Shown: positions 1 through 22,137 of the stretch, piece after piece | How positions within the stretch are numbered: the stretch's first letter is position 1 | Layout: each line of letters opens with the position of its first letter | Origin: the human T2T-CHM13v2.0 reference genome, Homo sapiens | DNA length: 64,000 nucleotides | Assembly: GCF_009914755.1 (NCBI RefSeq) | Contig: NC_060925.1 | Direction: 5' to 3' (one strand) | Made by a program: the position numbers and the translations under genes | The notes under the pieces: model-generated | What the model was told of the DNA's origin: nothing | Databases searched by the model: none | The model's input: the letters and a program-made list of their open reading frames with translations, nothing else

Positions 1-908
1 ACTGTCTGCTGAGGCTTAATGCTAACATTAAATCATGTTCCCCAAATATAGTGGGTTCATTTCTACAGTATACCTGTTCATAATGATTCATCTCTGTGTC
101 CTCAGCACGTAGGCCACTATTTGATTCCTGGTAGGCAGTAGATACAAAGCACTTGGCAATGTCTCTGACAGGAAGTAAGCAGTACCTATTAGCTCTTTAT
201 ATATGTAACACACATCATCTACTTAGAAACTTCGTTTTAGTTCTCTTTCAAGTGACCTTTCTCGTGACCTTAGAGAAAGAATTTGTATGCAATTGCTAAT
301 TTCCCCATATATATTCGCATTCATTATTTTCATTTGATCCTCAAAGTGTCCAAAGAATTAAACTGAGTTTTGAAGATGGCTCTAGTGCTTACTAGCTGTG
401 AACAAGTTACCTAATTTCTTCTTATTTTTCTCAAGACATTGGGGATCACCTCATGTGAGGATTAAATTAGATCATCTATGTCAAGCACTCAATGCATATA
501 TTAGCTATTGCTAGTGAGGTAAAGTATTATTATTATTATTATTATTTAGACAGAGTCTCACTCTGTCTCCCAGGCTGGAGTGCAGTGGTGTGATCTTGGC
601 TCACTGCAACCTCCGCCTCCAGGTTCAAGTGATTCTCCTGTCTCAGCCTGTGGAGTAGCTGGGATTACGGGCATGCACCACCACACCCAGCTACCTTTTG
701 TATTTTTAGTTGAGACAGGGTTTCGCCATGTTGGCCAGGCTGGTCTCAAACTCCTGGCCTCAAGTGACACCCCCGCCTTGGCCTCCCAAAGTGCTGGGAT
801 TACAGATGTGAGCCACCACACCCAGCCTAGCTAAAGCATTATTATTTTACTTATTTATTTTGAGACGGAGTCTCGCTCTGTCACCCAGGCTGGAGTGCAG
901 TGGTGTGA

Positions 909-1175
<267 letters not shown>

Positions 1176-1834
1176 TTAGACTCATCAGAACACAGAAATT
1201 AAATGACTTGTTCACATAGTTGTGCGAGTGGCTGATCTTGGCTTAAAGATTGGCACTGAATGATTCACAGTGCAAATGTTAGAGGAGTTTAATTTATGTT
1301 CTTGCTCACTGCCGTATCCCAGCACCTAAAATAGTATCTGGTAAATAACAGGCACTCATATATGTGATTAATAAATTAACATGTACAAAAAGTTTTAATC
1401 CTGGAAATGGCTTCATAGATCATTTAATGAAATGAACCAGTTTTTCAAATTGGTAAACTGAGGCCCAGATGCTTTGCTTTTAGGTGCACCGTAGGCACGT
1501 TTTGTGTTTGTTTGTTTTGTTTCTTTGCATCTTCACAGTGCTTTTTTTTGAGACGGATCTCCCACTGCCGCTGAGGCTGGAGTGTAGTGGTACAATCTCT
1601 GCTCACTGCAACCTCCACTTCCCGGGTTCAAGCAATTGCCTAGGATTACAGGCACCTGCCACCACGCTCAGCTAATTTTTTGCATTTTTAGTAGAGACAG
1701 GGTTTCACTATGTTGGCCAGGGTGGTCTCAAACTCCTGACCTTGTGATCTGCCTGCCTCGGCCTCCCAAAGTGCTGGGATTACAAGTGTCAGCCACCGCA
1801 CCTGGCCCACAGTGCTTTTTAAACCACTGAAGTA

Positions 1835-2290
1835 ATTGTCAAATTAGGTTTGGCCACATATGAATAGAAAAGCCAAATTAGTGGCTTATATAAGATGGAG
1901 GTTTATTCCTCTCCCATGTAAAAGACAAACCAAAGATAGGCAATTCAAGATGGTGGCTCCAGAGTCAGCCAGAACCTAGGCAGCCATCTTTCTGCTCCAC
2001 CATTCTTGCCATATGGCTTTCACTCTCAGTACTGTCTTATGATACAAGGAGGCTGCCAGGGTTCCAGCCATCTGCATTCATTCTATCAGGAAGGAGAAAG
2101 ACGGAGAGAGCAAAAGGGGACATTTCCCAGCTGAGGTGGCTGCCTTTAATTTCCCCATTTATCTTATTATCCACCCATGGTGCAAGAGAGACTGGGAAAT
2201 GTATTATTTTATCCAGGAAGCTTGCTGCCCAGATTCAAAGCAGTGTTCTAAGGAAAAGGGGGAATGGCTATTGGGTAGGCCGTCTCTGTC
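1835..2290 (-). mobile_element. Old MaLR LTR (MLT1K/L-like)
   Basis: AGTGGCTTATATAAGATGGAGGTTTATT...GCTCCACCATTCTT...GCAAGAGAGACTGGGAAATGTA resembles MLT1 LTRs. Confidence 0.55.
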
Positions 2291-2511
2291 AGAGTTGTCA
2301 ACATTTTGCAAATCAGAAATTTCCAAATAGAAATCTGGATTTTTTTTAGCTTTTCTTGAAGAATCAGAAGATGGAGCTGAGGTTTGGGGCCAGAGAGAAG
2401 GAAACAAGGAGCTGGATTTTGAAGGGAGGGCTGGATGAAATGGAGAAGGCCCATGAAACAGACTGGCGAGGGAGAAGGGAGCTGATGTTCTAGGACTTGA
2501 GAAGTGATTTA

Positions 2512-2841
<330 letters not shown>

Positions 2842-2957
2842 CTAAAATAGTGTTTTGAGAGGATTAAACTAGTAGAGAGTATGTATAACAAGAGAAGGCA
2901 CAAAGAATAGTTAGGGAACTATTAAAGAGCTCCAAGCATGAGTGAGGAGGGTCCAGA

Positions 2958-3686
<729 letters not shown>

Positions 3687-4132
3687 TCCAGACAGGGAAA
3701 GAAGACAGAAATAAAGGGCCCAGTCTGAGATATGGCTCATAAAGGATGCTCCTCAGATGGAACACTTCTGACGAAACCTGTATTATCATTGTCTTCCAAA
3801 AGCATGGAAATTCTCGCATTTCCCACATCCCTTAGATTTGCCAGATCCTTTTACACGCCTGTGCCTTTGCCTGAAATGCTTTTCCCCTTCTTTTTGCACC
3901 TGGAAAATGTCAACTTACCTTTCCAGTCTCCATTTAAATATCATCTCTGTGAAATCCACCCCAGGTCCATCAGGACAGGCTAGTTGCCCCTAACACTGTG
4001 TTCCTATTTCATGTCTCATAGATCCGTCATGTCCTTGAGGTCGAGGACTATGTCTTGATTGTCTCTGAGTCCTTGGTACATGGCATGCAGACTTATAAGA
4101 ATCGTTATTGAATGAAGAAGACCTTCCGTTTA

Positions 4133-4506
4133 ACCACACCTGGCTAATTTTTGTATTTTCAGTAGAGATGGGGTTTCACCATGTTGGCCAGGCTGGTCTC
4201 AAACTCCTAACCTCAAGTGATGCACCTGCCTCAGCCTCCCAAAATACTGGGATTACAGGCTTGTGCCATTGCGCCCAGCCTCAACACGCTTAATTGAAGA
4301 TGTCATTGATTGTAAGGTGAACCATTGTTTTGTGCATCATTAAGGAAAAAACCTGTCAGTAATAATTGTGAGACCCAGCACAATGGCTCACGCCTGTAAT
4401 CCCAGCACTGTGAGTGGCTGAGACAGGCAGAACGCTTGAGCCCAAGAGTTTGAGACCAGCCTGGGCAACATGGCGAAACCTCATCTCTACTAAAAATACA
4501 AAAAAA
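4133..4506 (-). repeat. Inverted duplicate of 9501-9874
   Basis: Reverse complement aligns end to end with 9501-9874 (about 9 substitutions in 374 bp by hand), including both Alu/non-Alu junctions. Confidence 0.95.
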
Positions 4507-5907
4507 GCCAAAAAATACAAAAGCCAGCTGATAGCTTCTCTATCAGCACTTTAGTCAGCTACATTTTAAAAGGATATGCTTGGCCTCCTTAATTCAATTT
4601 TTGCTTTATTAACTTGAATATCATTGGACATGGCCCTCTAAATAGCAGACTTCGAGGCTGGCTTCTAACTTTAAGCTCCATACATAAAATTTCCGTGGTG
4701 CAGCCTTATGTAAAACATTCATCTTCTTTAGGTTCGATATCAGTGCATACTGCTGCCCTGCGTCACACATTTGAAATTAATGTGTGTGTCTTTTTGACTG
4801 TTGTCTTTTATGAGGATAGACACCAGCATACAGCAGTACTTGAATGACAACCACAAGGATTTTTCAAAATATAGGAGGTATTCATTCCAGGGTAGCTTAC
4901 CTGAGCGAGGTGCTGCAAAACAGACTGACAGCCCGAACAGACGCACCTTCACTCCTCAGGTAACAAGGAACACATTCCACTAGATATTCTTAACTTGGGC
5001 ACAATCAACTTCAGGGGGATGGGGCAACTGATCTCCAGTGTAGCTGAATCCACCTTGGTTACATGCTCTAGATGGGAAGAAAGGAAAGGAGGCTTAGATG
5101 ATCTCAAGTGGTAGAAAGGTATTTGGCAACATCAATTAAAAGGTTAAGTGCAGATTCCCTTTGGCCCTCCAAATTCCACTTTTAGGAAGCTACTGTGTGG
5201 AATATTTGCATAAAGACATAAATTTATGAAGAAAAGAATGATCCTTGTTTTTTTTTGTTTTTGAGACGGAGTCTCGCTCTTGTCGCCCCCGCTGTAGTGC
5301 AATGGGAAGACCTTGGCTCACTGCAACCTCTGCCTCCCAGGTTCAAGCGATTCTCCTGTCTTGGCCTCCTGAGTAGCTGGGAATTACAGGCATGCAGCTC
5401 CATGCCCAGCTAATTTTTGTATTTTTAGTAGAGACGGGGTTTCACCATTTTGGACAGGCTGATCTCGAACTCCTGACTTCATGATCCACCCACCTCGGCC
5501 TCCCAAAGTGCTGGGATTACAGGCGTGAGCCACTGCACCCAGCCTATTTCAAGTTTTCAAAATAACAACCAAGAATACAAAGGTCAGCCGGGCCCGGTGG
5601 CTCACGCCTGTAATCCCAGCACTTTGGGAGGCCGAGGTGGGTGGATCACGAGGTCAGGAGTTCAAGATCAGCCTGGCCAAAATGGTCAGGCCAACATTCC
5701 AACCAATGTTTTGTAAAAGCAATGGCAGGTAAGTGGCCTCCTCTCTAGAGCTGAAGCTTTTTGCGCTTGCTTTGGTGTCATGCCCACGCAGCTAACTCGT
5801 TTCCTCAGATTCTATTCCATTCCATTTCTTTCTTTTCTTTTCTTTCTCTTTCTCTTTCTTTCTTCCTTCCTTCCTTTCTTCTTCTTTTTTTTTCTTTTTT
5901 TTTTTGA

Positions 5908-6066
<159 letters not shown>

Positions 6067-6426
6067 TAGTAGAGACGGGGTTTCACCATGTTGGTCAGGC
6101 TGGTCTCGAACTCCTGACCTCAAATGATCTGCCTGCCCCAGCCTCCCAAACTGTTGGGATTGCCGGTGTGAGACATCGCTCCCGGCCCTCAGATTCCATT
6201 TCTATGCTTTCTCTCTGGTTCACATTCAAAAGTCCTGAAGATAAAGGATCTGATTAGGTCAGTTCATCACCATTCAATATGGATTACTCCTGCTGTGTGG
6301 GGAGATGCGTGTACCAGGCCACCTCATGGACGGAGGTCTGCTTTTATAGCCCACTGGCTTTGGTGGAGCTGTTTCAGAGTACAGTCTGGTGTGGCCAAGG
6401 TTACAGCATTATATGATGCAAAGTAA

Positions 6427-6687
<261 letters not shown>

Positions 6688-7258
6688 TAATTTTTATACT
6701 TTTAGTAGAGACGGGGTTTCACCATGTTGGCCAGGCTGGTCTCGAACTGCAGACCTCAAGGGATCCACCTGCCCCGGCCTCCCAAACTGCTGGGATTAGA
6801 GGCACAAGCCACTGTGCCTGGCCTCTCTTTGGTTTTATACACCTAAAGAGAAAGAGGGAAAGCAGGATAAACATTCACCTGCAGTCACTAAGAAATCCAG
6901 ACAAGAACTTCCTTTAAAGATGTCCTTGTCAGTGGAGAGGAAGTTCATCTTCACATTTTCCAGGTGGATCAGTTGGTGTTCCCCAGACCACCAGGTTTGC
7001 ACTTGTGCATGCTCGAGGACAACAGAGAAGGTTCTAGAAGCAGCTTTTCTGCACTACTTGGAGCTTTCTTTTCGTTTAAAGATGAATTGTTTGGTTGGAT
7101 GCAGTGCTCATGCTTGTAATCCCAGCACTTTACTCCTAAAGTGGGAGTAAGTGGGAGGATCTCTTGAGCCCAGGAGTTCAAGACCAGCATGGGCAACATA
7201 GGAAAACCCTGTCTCTACAAAAACATAAAAATAGAAATAAAATGATTAATTGAGGTCA

Positions 7259-7627
<369 letters not shown>

Positions 7628-7657
7628 TTAAGACGATGACAAAGGTCATCGTATTTA

Positions 7658-8089
<432 letters not shown>

Positions 8090-8331
8090 CTATTTTTAAA
8101 CTTTAAAAGGCAGGTCATCGAAGCCCTTCAGAAGGAGGGAAAGGAAGCCAGAGAATAGGTGTATCCAAAAGTGCTGTAGGAGGAACAGGCCTTTCGCTAT
8201 GTTTAATTCAAAAGCAGATATCTTCAAGCCTCTAGGAATATCGTCTATTGTCATTGCTGGCAAAATGTCCATCTGTCTCTGAAAACCTCCATAAGATGTA
8301 TGTGTATTTGCAACAATTCCAAGCAAGGTAA

Positions 8332-8689
<358 letters not shown>

Positions 8690-9252
8690 TGAATAGCTGG
8701 GATTACAGGCACCTGCCATCGCGCCTGGCTAATTTTTGTACTTTTAGTAGAAACGGGGGTTTCACCATCTTGGCCAGGTTGGTCTTGAACTCCTGACCTC
8801 ATGATCCACCTGCCTCGGCCGCCCAAAGTGCTGGGATTACAGGCATGAGCCACCGCGCCTGGACGACATCGTTTATTTTTCTATGCCTCAAAGCAAGCTG
8901 ACCAATTTGCCAATGTATGTTGCTTAAGCTGTTGGGTCACTGAAGTGTTCTTACTATACAAAGTCAGTCCCAGATCTTTCAATTTCGGTGTACCCCTCAC
9001 AGTGTCTAATATGATGCTATGTACTAGGATTTCAATTTACATGAAACAAATTGGGATTGAATATCTATCTTGTGCCAAGCACAGTGGTAAGCACTGAAAT
9101 AGCAAAGTAAGTTAGATATATTCCCTAACCTAAAGTTACTCATATCTACCAGAGAAAGCAGCCCCAATAACAACCAACTATGATGTAGTACAAGGTGTGC
9201 TTGTTAGAGATATTCACAGCCTGCCACCTTCACCCAGTTAAGGGAGGGATGA

Positions 9253-9715
<463 letters not shown>

Positions 9716-10634
9716 AAGCATGTTGAGGCTGGGCGCAATGGCACACGCCTGTAATCCCAGCATTTTGGGAGGCTGAGGCAGGTGCATCACTTGAGGTTAG
9801 GAGTTTGAGACCAGCATGGCCAACATGGTGAAACCCCATCTCTACTGAAAATACAAAAATTAGCCAGGTGTGGTGGTGCACACTTTGGCCTCCCGAAGTG
9901 CTGGGATCACAGGCATGAGCCACCATGCCCAGCCCACTTTTCTAGCTTTCTGGCTAGTGATACGCCTGCTCTGCCTCAACCCTCCTTCCCCCAAAAATCT
10001 TTAGCAAAAAGGAATTCCTGAATGCTTTAAAATCTTGTAGATTTTCTCATACTGCCCTCTTAACCTGAAAAGGCTTTTTCCTTGCATAATATAATAACTA
10101 ACACTTGTGCAATGCATTGCAACTCACAAAGGGAGGCTTTCTTATAAACGCTCATTTTAGAGGCTTCATGTCAGCAGTTAAGAGCTGTAGCCACACCCCT
10201 GGGTTTTAATTTACCACTTACTTGCTATGTAACCAAGGGCAATTAATTCAACTTCTACAGGTTCCTCACCTTTAAAATGGGGATAATAATAGTATCTTAT
10301 TTCCCAAGCTTGTTGTGAAGTTTAAATGAGTTAATACATTGCCAGACGTGCAGTTTACATGAAATAAGTGTTCATTGTTATTTGTCTTTGCAGCACGCTC
10401 ACTGTTAAGCAGCAAACAGTCCAAAGTCTCTGAATTTAGGGTTTAGGTTCTGGGCTTATAAGAGATGGATTCCACCATAGCACATTGCTTTTCTATCCAG
10501 CAAGAATCCTACTCATTCTTCAGAGACCCAAGCTCAAGAATCACTTTCTCTATGAGTCTCTCTTCACCTGTGTGTGACCCTGCTACAAAATCAACAATCA
10601 ACAATCAACAACATGTTTTTTCTTTTTTTTTTGA

Positions 10635-10814
<180 letters not shown>

Positions 10815-10846
10815 TGAGACTCTGTCTCAAAAAAAAAAAAAAAAAA

Positions 10847-11920
10847 GAACTTAAGATAGAACCACCATTCAACCCAGCAATCCCATTACTGGGTATATAT
10901 CCAAAAGAAAATAAATTGTCCTACCATAAAGACACCTGCACTCACATGTTAATTGCAGAACTTTTCCCAATAGCAAAGACACAAAATCAACCTGATGGGC
11001 ATCAGAGGCAGATTGGTTAAAGAAAATGTGGTATATATACACCATGGACTACTACGCAGCCATAAAAAAAGAACGAAATCATGTCTTTTGCAGCAACATA
11101 GATGCAGCTGGAGGCCATTAGTTCCTAGGCAAATTAATGCAGGAATAGAAATCCAAAAACCACATGTTCTCACTTATAAGTGGGAGCTAAATGTTGGGTA
11201 CATATGGACATAAAGATGGCAACACTAGACACTGAGGACCACTAGAATTGGGAGGGATGGAGGGATTGGGAGGGATGGAGGGATTGGGAGGGATGGAGGG
11301 ATTGGGAGGGATGGAGGGATTGTGGGGGATGGAGGGATGGAGGGATTGGGAGGGATGGAGGGATTGTGGGGGATGGAGGGATGGAGGGATTGGGAGGGAT
11401 GGAGGGATTGGGAGGGATGGAGGGATTGTGGGGGATGGAGGGATTGTGGGGGATGGAGGGATGGAGGGATTGGGAGGGATGGAGGGATTGGGAGGGATGG
11501 AGGGATTGTGGGGGATGGAGGGATTGTGGGGGATGGAGGGATGGAGGGATTGGGAGGGATGGAGGGATTGGGAGGGATGGAGGGATGGAGGGATTGGGAG
11601 GGATGGAGGGATTGGGAGGGATGGAGGGATTGGGAGGGATGGAGGGATTGGGAGGGATGGAGGGATTGTGGGGGATGGAGGGATGGAGGGATTGGGAGGG
11701 ATGGAGGGATTGGGAGGGATGGAGGGATTGTGGGGGATGGAGGGATGGAGGGATTGGGGCAAGGGTTAGAAAACCACCTATAGGGAACTATGCTCAGTAC
11801 CCAAGTGACAAGATCAGTCATACCCCAAACCTCAGCATCACACAATATGCCCAGGTAAAAAACTTACACATGTACCCCTGAAGCTAAAATAAATGTTGAA
11901 ATTATAATCAAATCAAATAA
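10847..11920 (+). mobile_element. L1 (L1PA15/16-like) 3' end: ORF2 C-terminal region and 3'UTR, interrupted by the VNTR
   Basis: GAACTTAAGATAGAACCACCATTCAACCCAGCAATCCC...; 3'UTR CCCCAAACCTCAGCATCACACAATAT...CACATGTACCCCTGAAGCTAAAATAAA. Confidence 0.9.
11247..11759 (+). repeat. G-rich minisatellite/VNTR (units GGAGGGAT, TGGGAGGGAT, TGTGGGGGAT; 18-bp and ~80-bp periodicity)
   Basis: ~510 bp with no C on the plus strand, directly visible; sits in the polypurine tract of an L1 3'UTR. Confidence 0.97.
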
Positions 11921-12145
11921 AATGTCTTTCAAATATAAATCCCCTATTCTTCATCCTTACCACTGCAGCCCTCCACTGCCTGGCCTGCACTAAAGAGCCA
12001 GCTTCCCACTGGTCACCCTACCTTTCGTCCTGCCCACTTGAATCCAGCTTCTCCACTGCCTCCTATCATCTTTCTGAATCACAGGTGTGATTGAGTCACT
12101 CCCCAGTTCTAGAATCTATAGATGTTGTCTATAATCTATAGATAA

Positions 12146-13107
<962 letters not shown>

Positions 13108-13269
13108 AAAGACATTTTAGATAGAAATCCAAGCCAACTTAGATGAAAGCAAAAGTACCTCTCCTCCAACAGCTCATGTGAGGCATAGAAACGTATCATC
13201 AGAGGGCAGGTCAACCACATAGTACTGGAGTCCAGGGCAGGGATCTGACATCCATGTACTGCCAGGTAA

Positions 13270-13499
<230 letters not shown>

Positions 13500-14585
13500 T
13501 AATTTTTGTATTTTTAGTAGAGATGGGGTTTCACCATGTTGGCCAGGATGGCCTCGATCTCCTGACCTCGTGATCTGCCCGCCTCGGCCTCCCAAAGTGC
13601 TGGGATTACAGGCGTGAGCCACTGTGCGTGGCCAGATTGTTGTTGTTTTTATCAGATATGCAGAGCAATGATCCAGTCATGACCAGATATTGCCTCCTGT
13701 GTTTTGCATGCTAGCTAGAGTGGTCATGATGGTCTTGTGCCTAGTAAATGACCTGGAAGTTATAGAGTGGAATGGCCTATACTGGTGGCCAAGACCTCTT
13801 TCCAGGGGAGTCCGATAATAGGTTCCACTGATAGTCAATAGCAATCGAGTGTCCACTGCGCCAGAACACTCAGGAACAGTCTAAGAGTAAGGAAGACAGT
13901 AAGCTCCTTAGTCAGATGGGATGTCAGAATCCAAATACCTAGAAAAGTACCTTAAATAGCATATCAAACGATTAAATGAAAAATGAATAATGTGGTATAA
14001 AGCAAGCATAGAAAATATAGTATGCACTCTGGTTGTCTTAAGCTGGATGGAAGCCGAGTGGTCTTTGTGGAAGCACTGGATATCCCAGGGAGGTTGGTGC
14101 AGGGGTAGATTTGGGCTAAAGCAGATCCCTTTTTTTTTTTTTAACTTATTTTTTATTTTGGAGATAGGAGTCTTGCTATGTTGCCCAGGCTGGTCTCGAA
14201 CTCCTGGCCTCTGCCTGAGCCTCCCAAGTAGCTGGGATCACAGACTCAAGCCACCGCACCTGGCCTAAAGCGGATTCCTGACAGTCATCTTAAGGTCTGG
14301 TCCAATCCTCATATTCCAAATACCCGTGGCCAAAAAGGTGGGGGTGGGGAGAGGGGAAGAAAATCTCTCTAGAAATGTGTGAATTTGGGAGTACAGTATT
14401 TACTGTCCTATGACAGTATTCATTAAATTCCATTGTAGGCTGGGCGCGGTGGCTCACGCCTGTAATCCCAACACTTTGGGAGGCCGAGGCAGGTGGATCA
14501 CCTGAGGTCAGGAGTTTGAGACCAGCCTGGCCAACATGGCGAAACCCCCCCTCTGCTAAAAATACAAAAAAACGAGCCGGGCTTA

Positions 14586-14816
<231 letters not shown>

Positions 14817-15204
14817 TCATTAAAACTAGAAAGCCTTTCCTCCACCTCCCCCTTGGGGCAGTAGGATGGTGCCATTCTCTACCACTCTGAACAGGTTCCT
14901 GTCCTGGGGTTGCCCCCGTGGGTCCCAAGGGAGCTTCTAGGGACGCCTGCTCTGTGACGCCCTATGCAACAGCAGCTGAAGGGCGCCAGTCAGGCATGGC
15001 GGGAGCTGGGCAGGAAGGGGATTGACTCCAGGTCATCTGGGCAAACTCCCGGGAAGGGGACTGACCTGTCAATCACCCAGAGAGCTGGGGTAGGCAGGTT
15101 CCCCTCTCCCCACACATTTCAAGCAGTTCTAAGCACCTCCCCAAACTGCCAGAGCAGAGGAGAGGGAAAGTGGGGTTTTCTGGGAAACTCAGTCGGCCCA
15201 GACA

Positions 15205-15792
<588 letters not shown>

Positions 15793-15907
15793 GCCTACAG
15801 GCCTGCGCCTGGTGCAGCCAAATGAAACAACCAAAAGACTTTCACTTCTGCACTGGGGATGTACCTGCATCTCTCTCCTGTAATTCCCCTCCACTCAGTA
15901 GTCATCA

Positions 15908-16291
<384 letters not shown>

Positions 16292-16460
16292 TCACCTGAA
16301 GTCAGGAGTTTGAGACCAGCCTAGCCAACATGGTGAAACCCTGTTGGGGTTAAAATTCTAAAAATACAAAAATACAAAATAAAAATACAAAAATTAAGGC
16401 TGGGTGCGTTGGCTCACGCCTGTAATCCCAGCACTTTGGGAGGCTGAGGCGGGCAGATCA

Positions 16461-16726
<266 letters not shown>

Positions 16727-17437
16727 CTATTCAGGAGGCTGAGGCAGCAGAAGCACTTGAATTGGGGAGGTGGAGGTTGCAGTGAGCTGAGATCACACCA
16801 CTGCACTCCAACTTGAGTGACAGAGTCAGAATTTGTCTCGAAAAAAAAATTTCCTAAACTGACAGATAAATGTTTCTCCATTTTCAGATTTGTGATATCA
16901 GGGCCCTCCAGTGCAGGGTTCAGCGCAGGCCCCCTTGCTCTGGTCTAAGGATGGTGTTGGAGGTGGTAACATTATTTCAACTCTGGATCAAGCCAAGCTC
17001 AAATCCAGTTCCTCAGAACATTGCCATTATGCGCATCCTCTTTTCCCCTTGAGGCAGTTTATGAAGGGTTTTCTGCCAAGTGTAAGTAAAAGAGTCTCAA
17101 CTGATGTAGGGGCCTAATATTTCCTTTCAAGGATCTGGGTAATCACAGAGGCCCCCTCCTCCGGCCCCCAAATTTCTCTGCTGTTGGTGCTATGCAAACA
17201 AGTTTCTTTTGAATTATGAATGATCCTATTCGTGTTTCTAATTGTATATATATGGGGTACTTGCAAGTCTGTTCAGCCTTTTAAGCAAATGTGTATGTTA
17301 CTGACATTCTGATTTCCACGGAATTCTCCATTTATTCCAAATGGACATCAAGTCCATAAAACAATTCCTCTGGAGCATCAGTAAAGAACAAAATAGCAGG
17401 AATATGAAAATTTCTGAACAGAAAAGTTGTATTCCTG

Positions 17438-20135
<2,698 letters not shown>

Positions 20136-20654
20136 TAGTCCAGTGAAACATACAATGATCCTTTCTGTTATCCATCACCCAGCTCCCAAAATCAACAGTT
20201 CAAGGTCACGATCTGAGATTACTTTAGGCAAAATCTGTGTAGAGGTAGGGATAGACTGATGACTTTTTTCATTCATTATCCTTCTGCTGGTAACTTAACC
20301 TCGAATCCTAATCTTTTTGTAACCTAATTTCTTTGTTCTTCTTTTTTGTTTCTTTTTAGACAGAGTCTTGCTCTGTCACCCAGGTTGGAGTGCAGTGGCC
20401 TGATCTCGGCTCACTGCAACCTCTGCCTCCTGGGTTCAAGAGATTCTCATGCCTCAGCCTCCTGAGTAGCTGGGATTACAGGTGCCCACCACCACGCCCG
20501 GCTAATTTTTTTGTATTTTTAGTAGAGACGGGGTTTCACCCTGTTGGCCAGGCTGGTCATGAACTCTTGACCTTGTGGTCACCTGCCTTGGCCTCCCAAT
20601 GCATTGGGATTACAGGCATGAGCCACCACGCCTGGCCACAACTCACCCGGCTAA

Positions 20655-20795
<141 letters not shown>

Positions 20796-22137
20796 TGAGT
20801 AGCTGGTATTACAGGTGCCCGCCACCACGCTTGGCCAATTTTGGTATTTTTAGTAGAGACCGGGTCTCACCATGCTGGCCAGGCTGGTCTCAAACTCCTG
20901 ACCTCAGGTGATCCACCTGCCTTGGCCTCCCGAAGTGCTGGGATTACAGGATTACAGGCCTGGCCCCTTTTTGTAACCTAATTTGTGAAGTGACATCATA
21001 CTCAAGGGAAGGGAGTTACATAAGGGTGGGAATCTCAGCAGGAGAAGATCACTGAGGGCCACCCCAGAGGTTGCCCACCACACTATGGGACTATTATTTG
21101 AAAGCTGTAGCTTTAGCACTTACGCTTAGCATGTTTTTACCATAACTTTTATTAGGTGCTTTGAATAACCATTTCATGAGGTATTGGTCTTTCCATTTTA
21201 CAGCTGACTGTATTATGTAATGTGTTCAAGTTCACAGAACAATAATCATAATTAGAACTCATACATCTCAGACTACTGTTTTTTATTTTGCAGGGTATAT
21301 TTTTATTACTATTACATGAAAATCATATTATTTAACATCAAAGTGTTCTATGGCACTATATCAATAATGGGTTTTGGAGAAATTTTCTTTTTGGATTGTT
21401 ACTTGTAAACGTACTCTTCTTTGTATGTCACAATTGGTATGTTTGAATCAGAATGTACATATTACATTTGGGTGTTACAATATCTCAAGTTTCTTTTGAT
21501 TTTGAGTCCTCTTCTTCCAACGCATCTAAAATTTTTTTTATTTTTAATTTTTGTGGGTACATATTAGGTATATACATTCATGGTGCCCTACTTATTTAAA
21601 ACATGTCATTGACTTATAGAAGATACTTGTTTAATTGATGTATAAAATATCTCACATCCTGGATTTGCTTGTTTGCTCCCTCCTGGTGTCATTTAACTTT
21701 ACATTCCCCAGCATTTTCTGTAAATGAAAGCTTTGGAAGCTTGAGTAGATTCAGGTTCAATTTCTTTGGCAAGAATAGTTCGTAGGTCATATAGACATTA
21801 GTACAGAACTCCCTACAAAATGCAAGCAATGTTGGATTATTCCAGGAAGCATTTGGAATCTCTCTCAAAAACTCACAATAATAGGGAATAAAAATAGCCC
21901 TAGTGTCCAGCCACTAGCTTCAACTTTTCTCTCCTCCTTGCTAATGTTAGCCAGCATTGATTACCTATTTTTGTCATTGTCCAAGCAGATATCATAAGCC
22001 AAGAACCTCGCTGAATATACAATGTGCACTGAAGAACAAGTAGATATATATCTTTCTTGTTTTTTATCACAAGCGACAGAAACAAACTGTGCCTAACATT
22101 AAAAGTACTGTATTAAAAGGTTGTAAGATGGATTTAT

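Noticed and set aside
11247-11759. CRISPR-like or telomeric array
   Set aside because: No unique spacers, no TTAGGG units, eukaryotic context
11187-11881. Five long overlapping ORFs (PPNPSI / GGMEGL / WRDWEG repeats)
   Set aside because: By-product of a stop-free minisatellite read in several frames; embedded in an L1 3'UTR with no promoter or splice support
17025-17060. YAHPLFPL resembles the MEIS/PKNOX motif IYxHPLFPLL
   Set aside because: Only ~6 residues match and the flanks do not; likely chance
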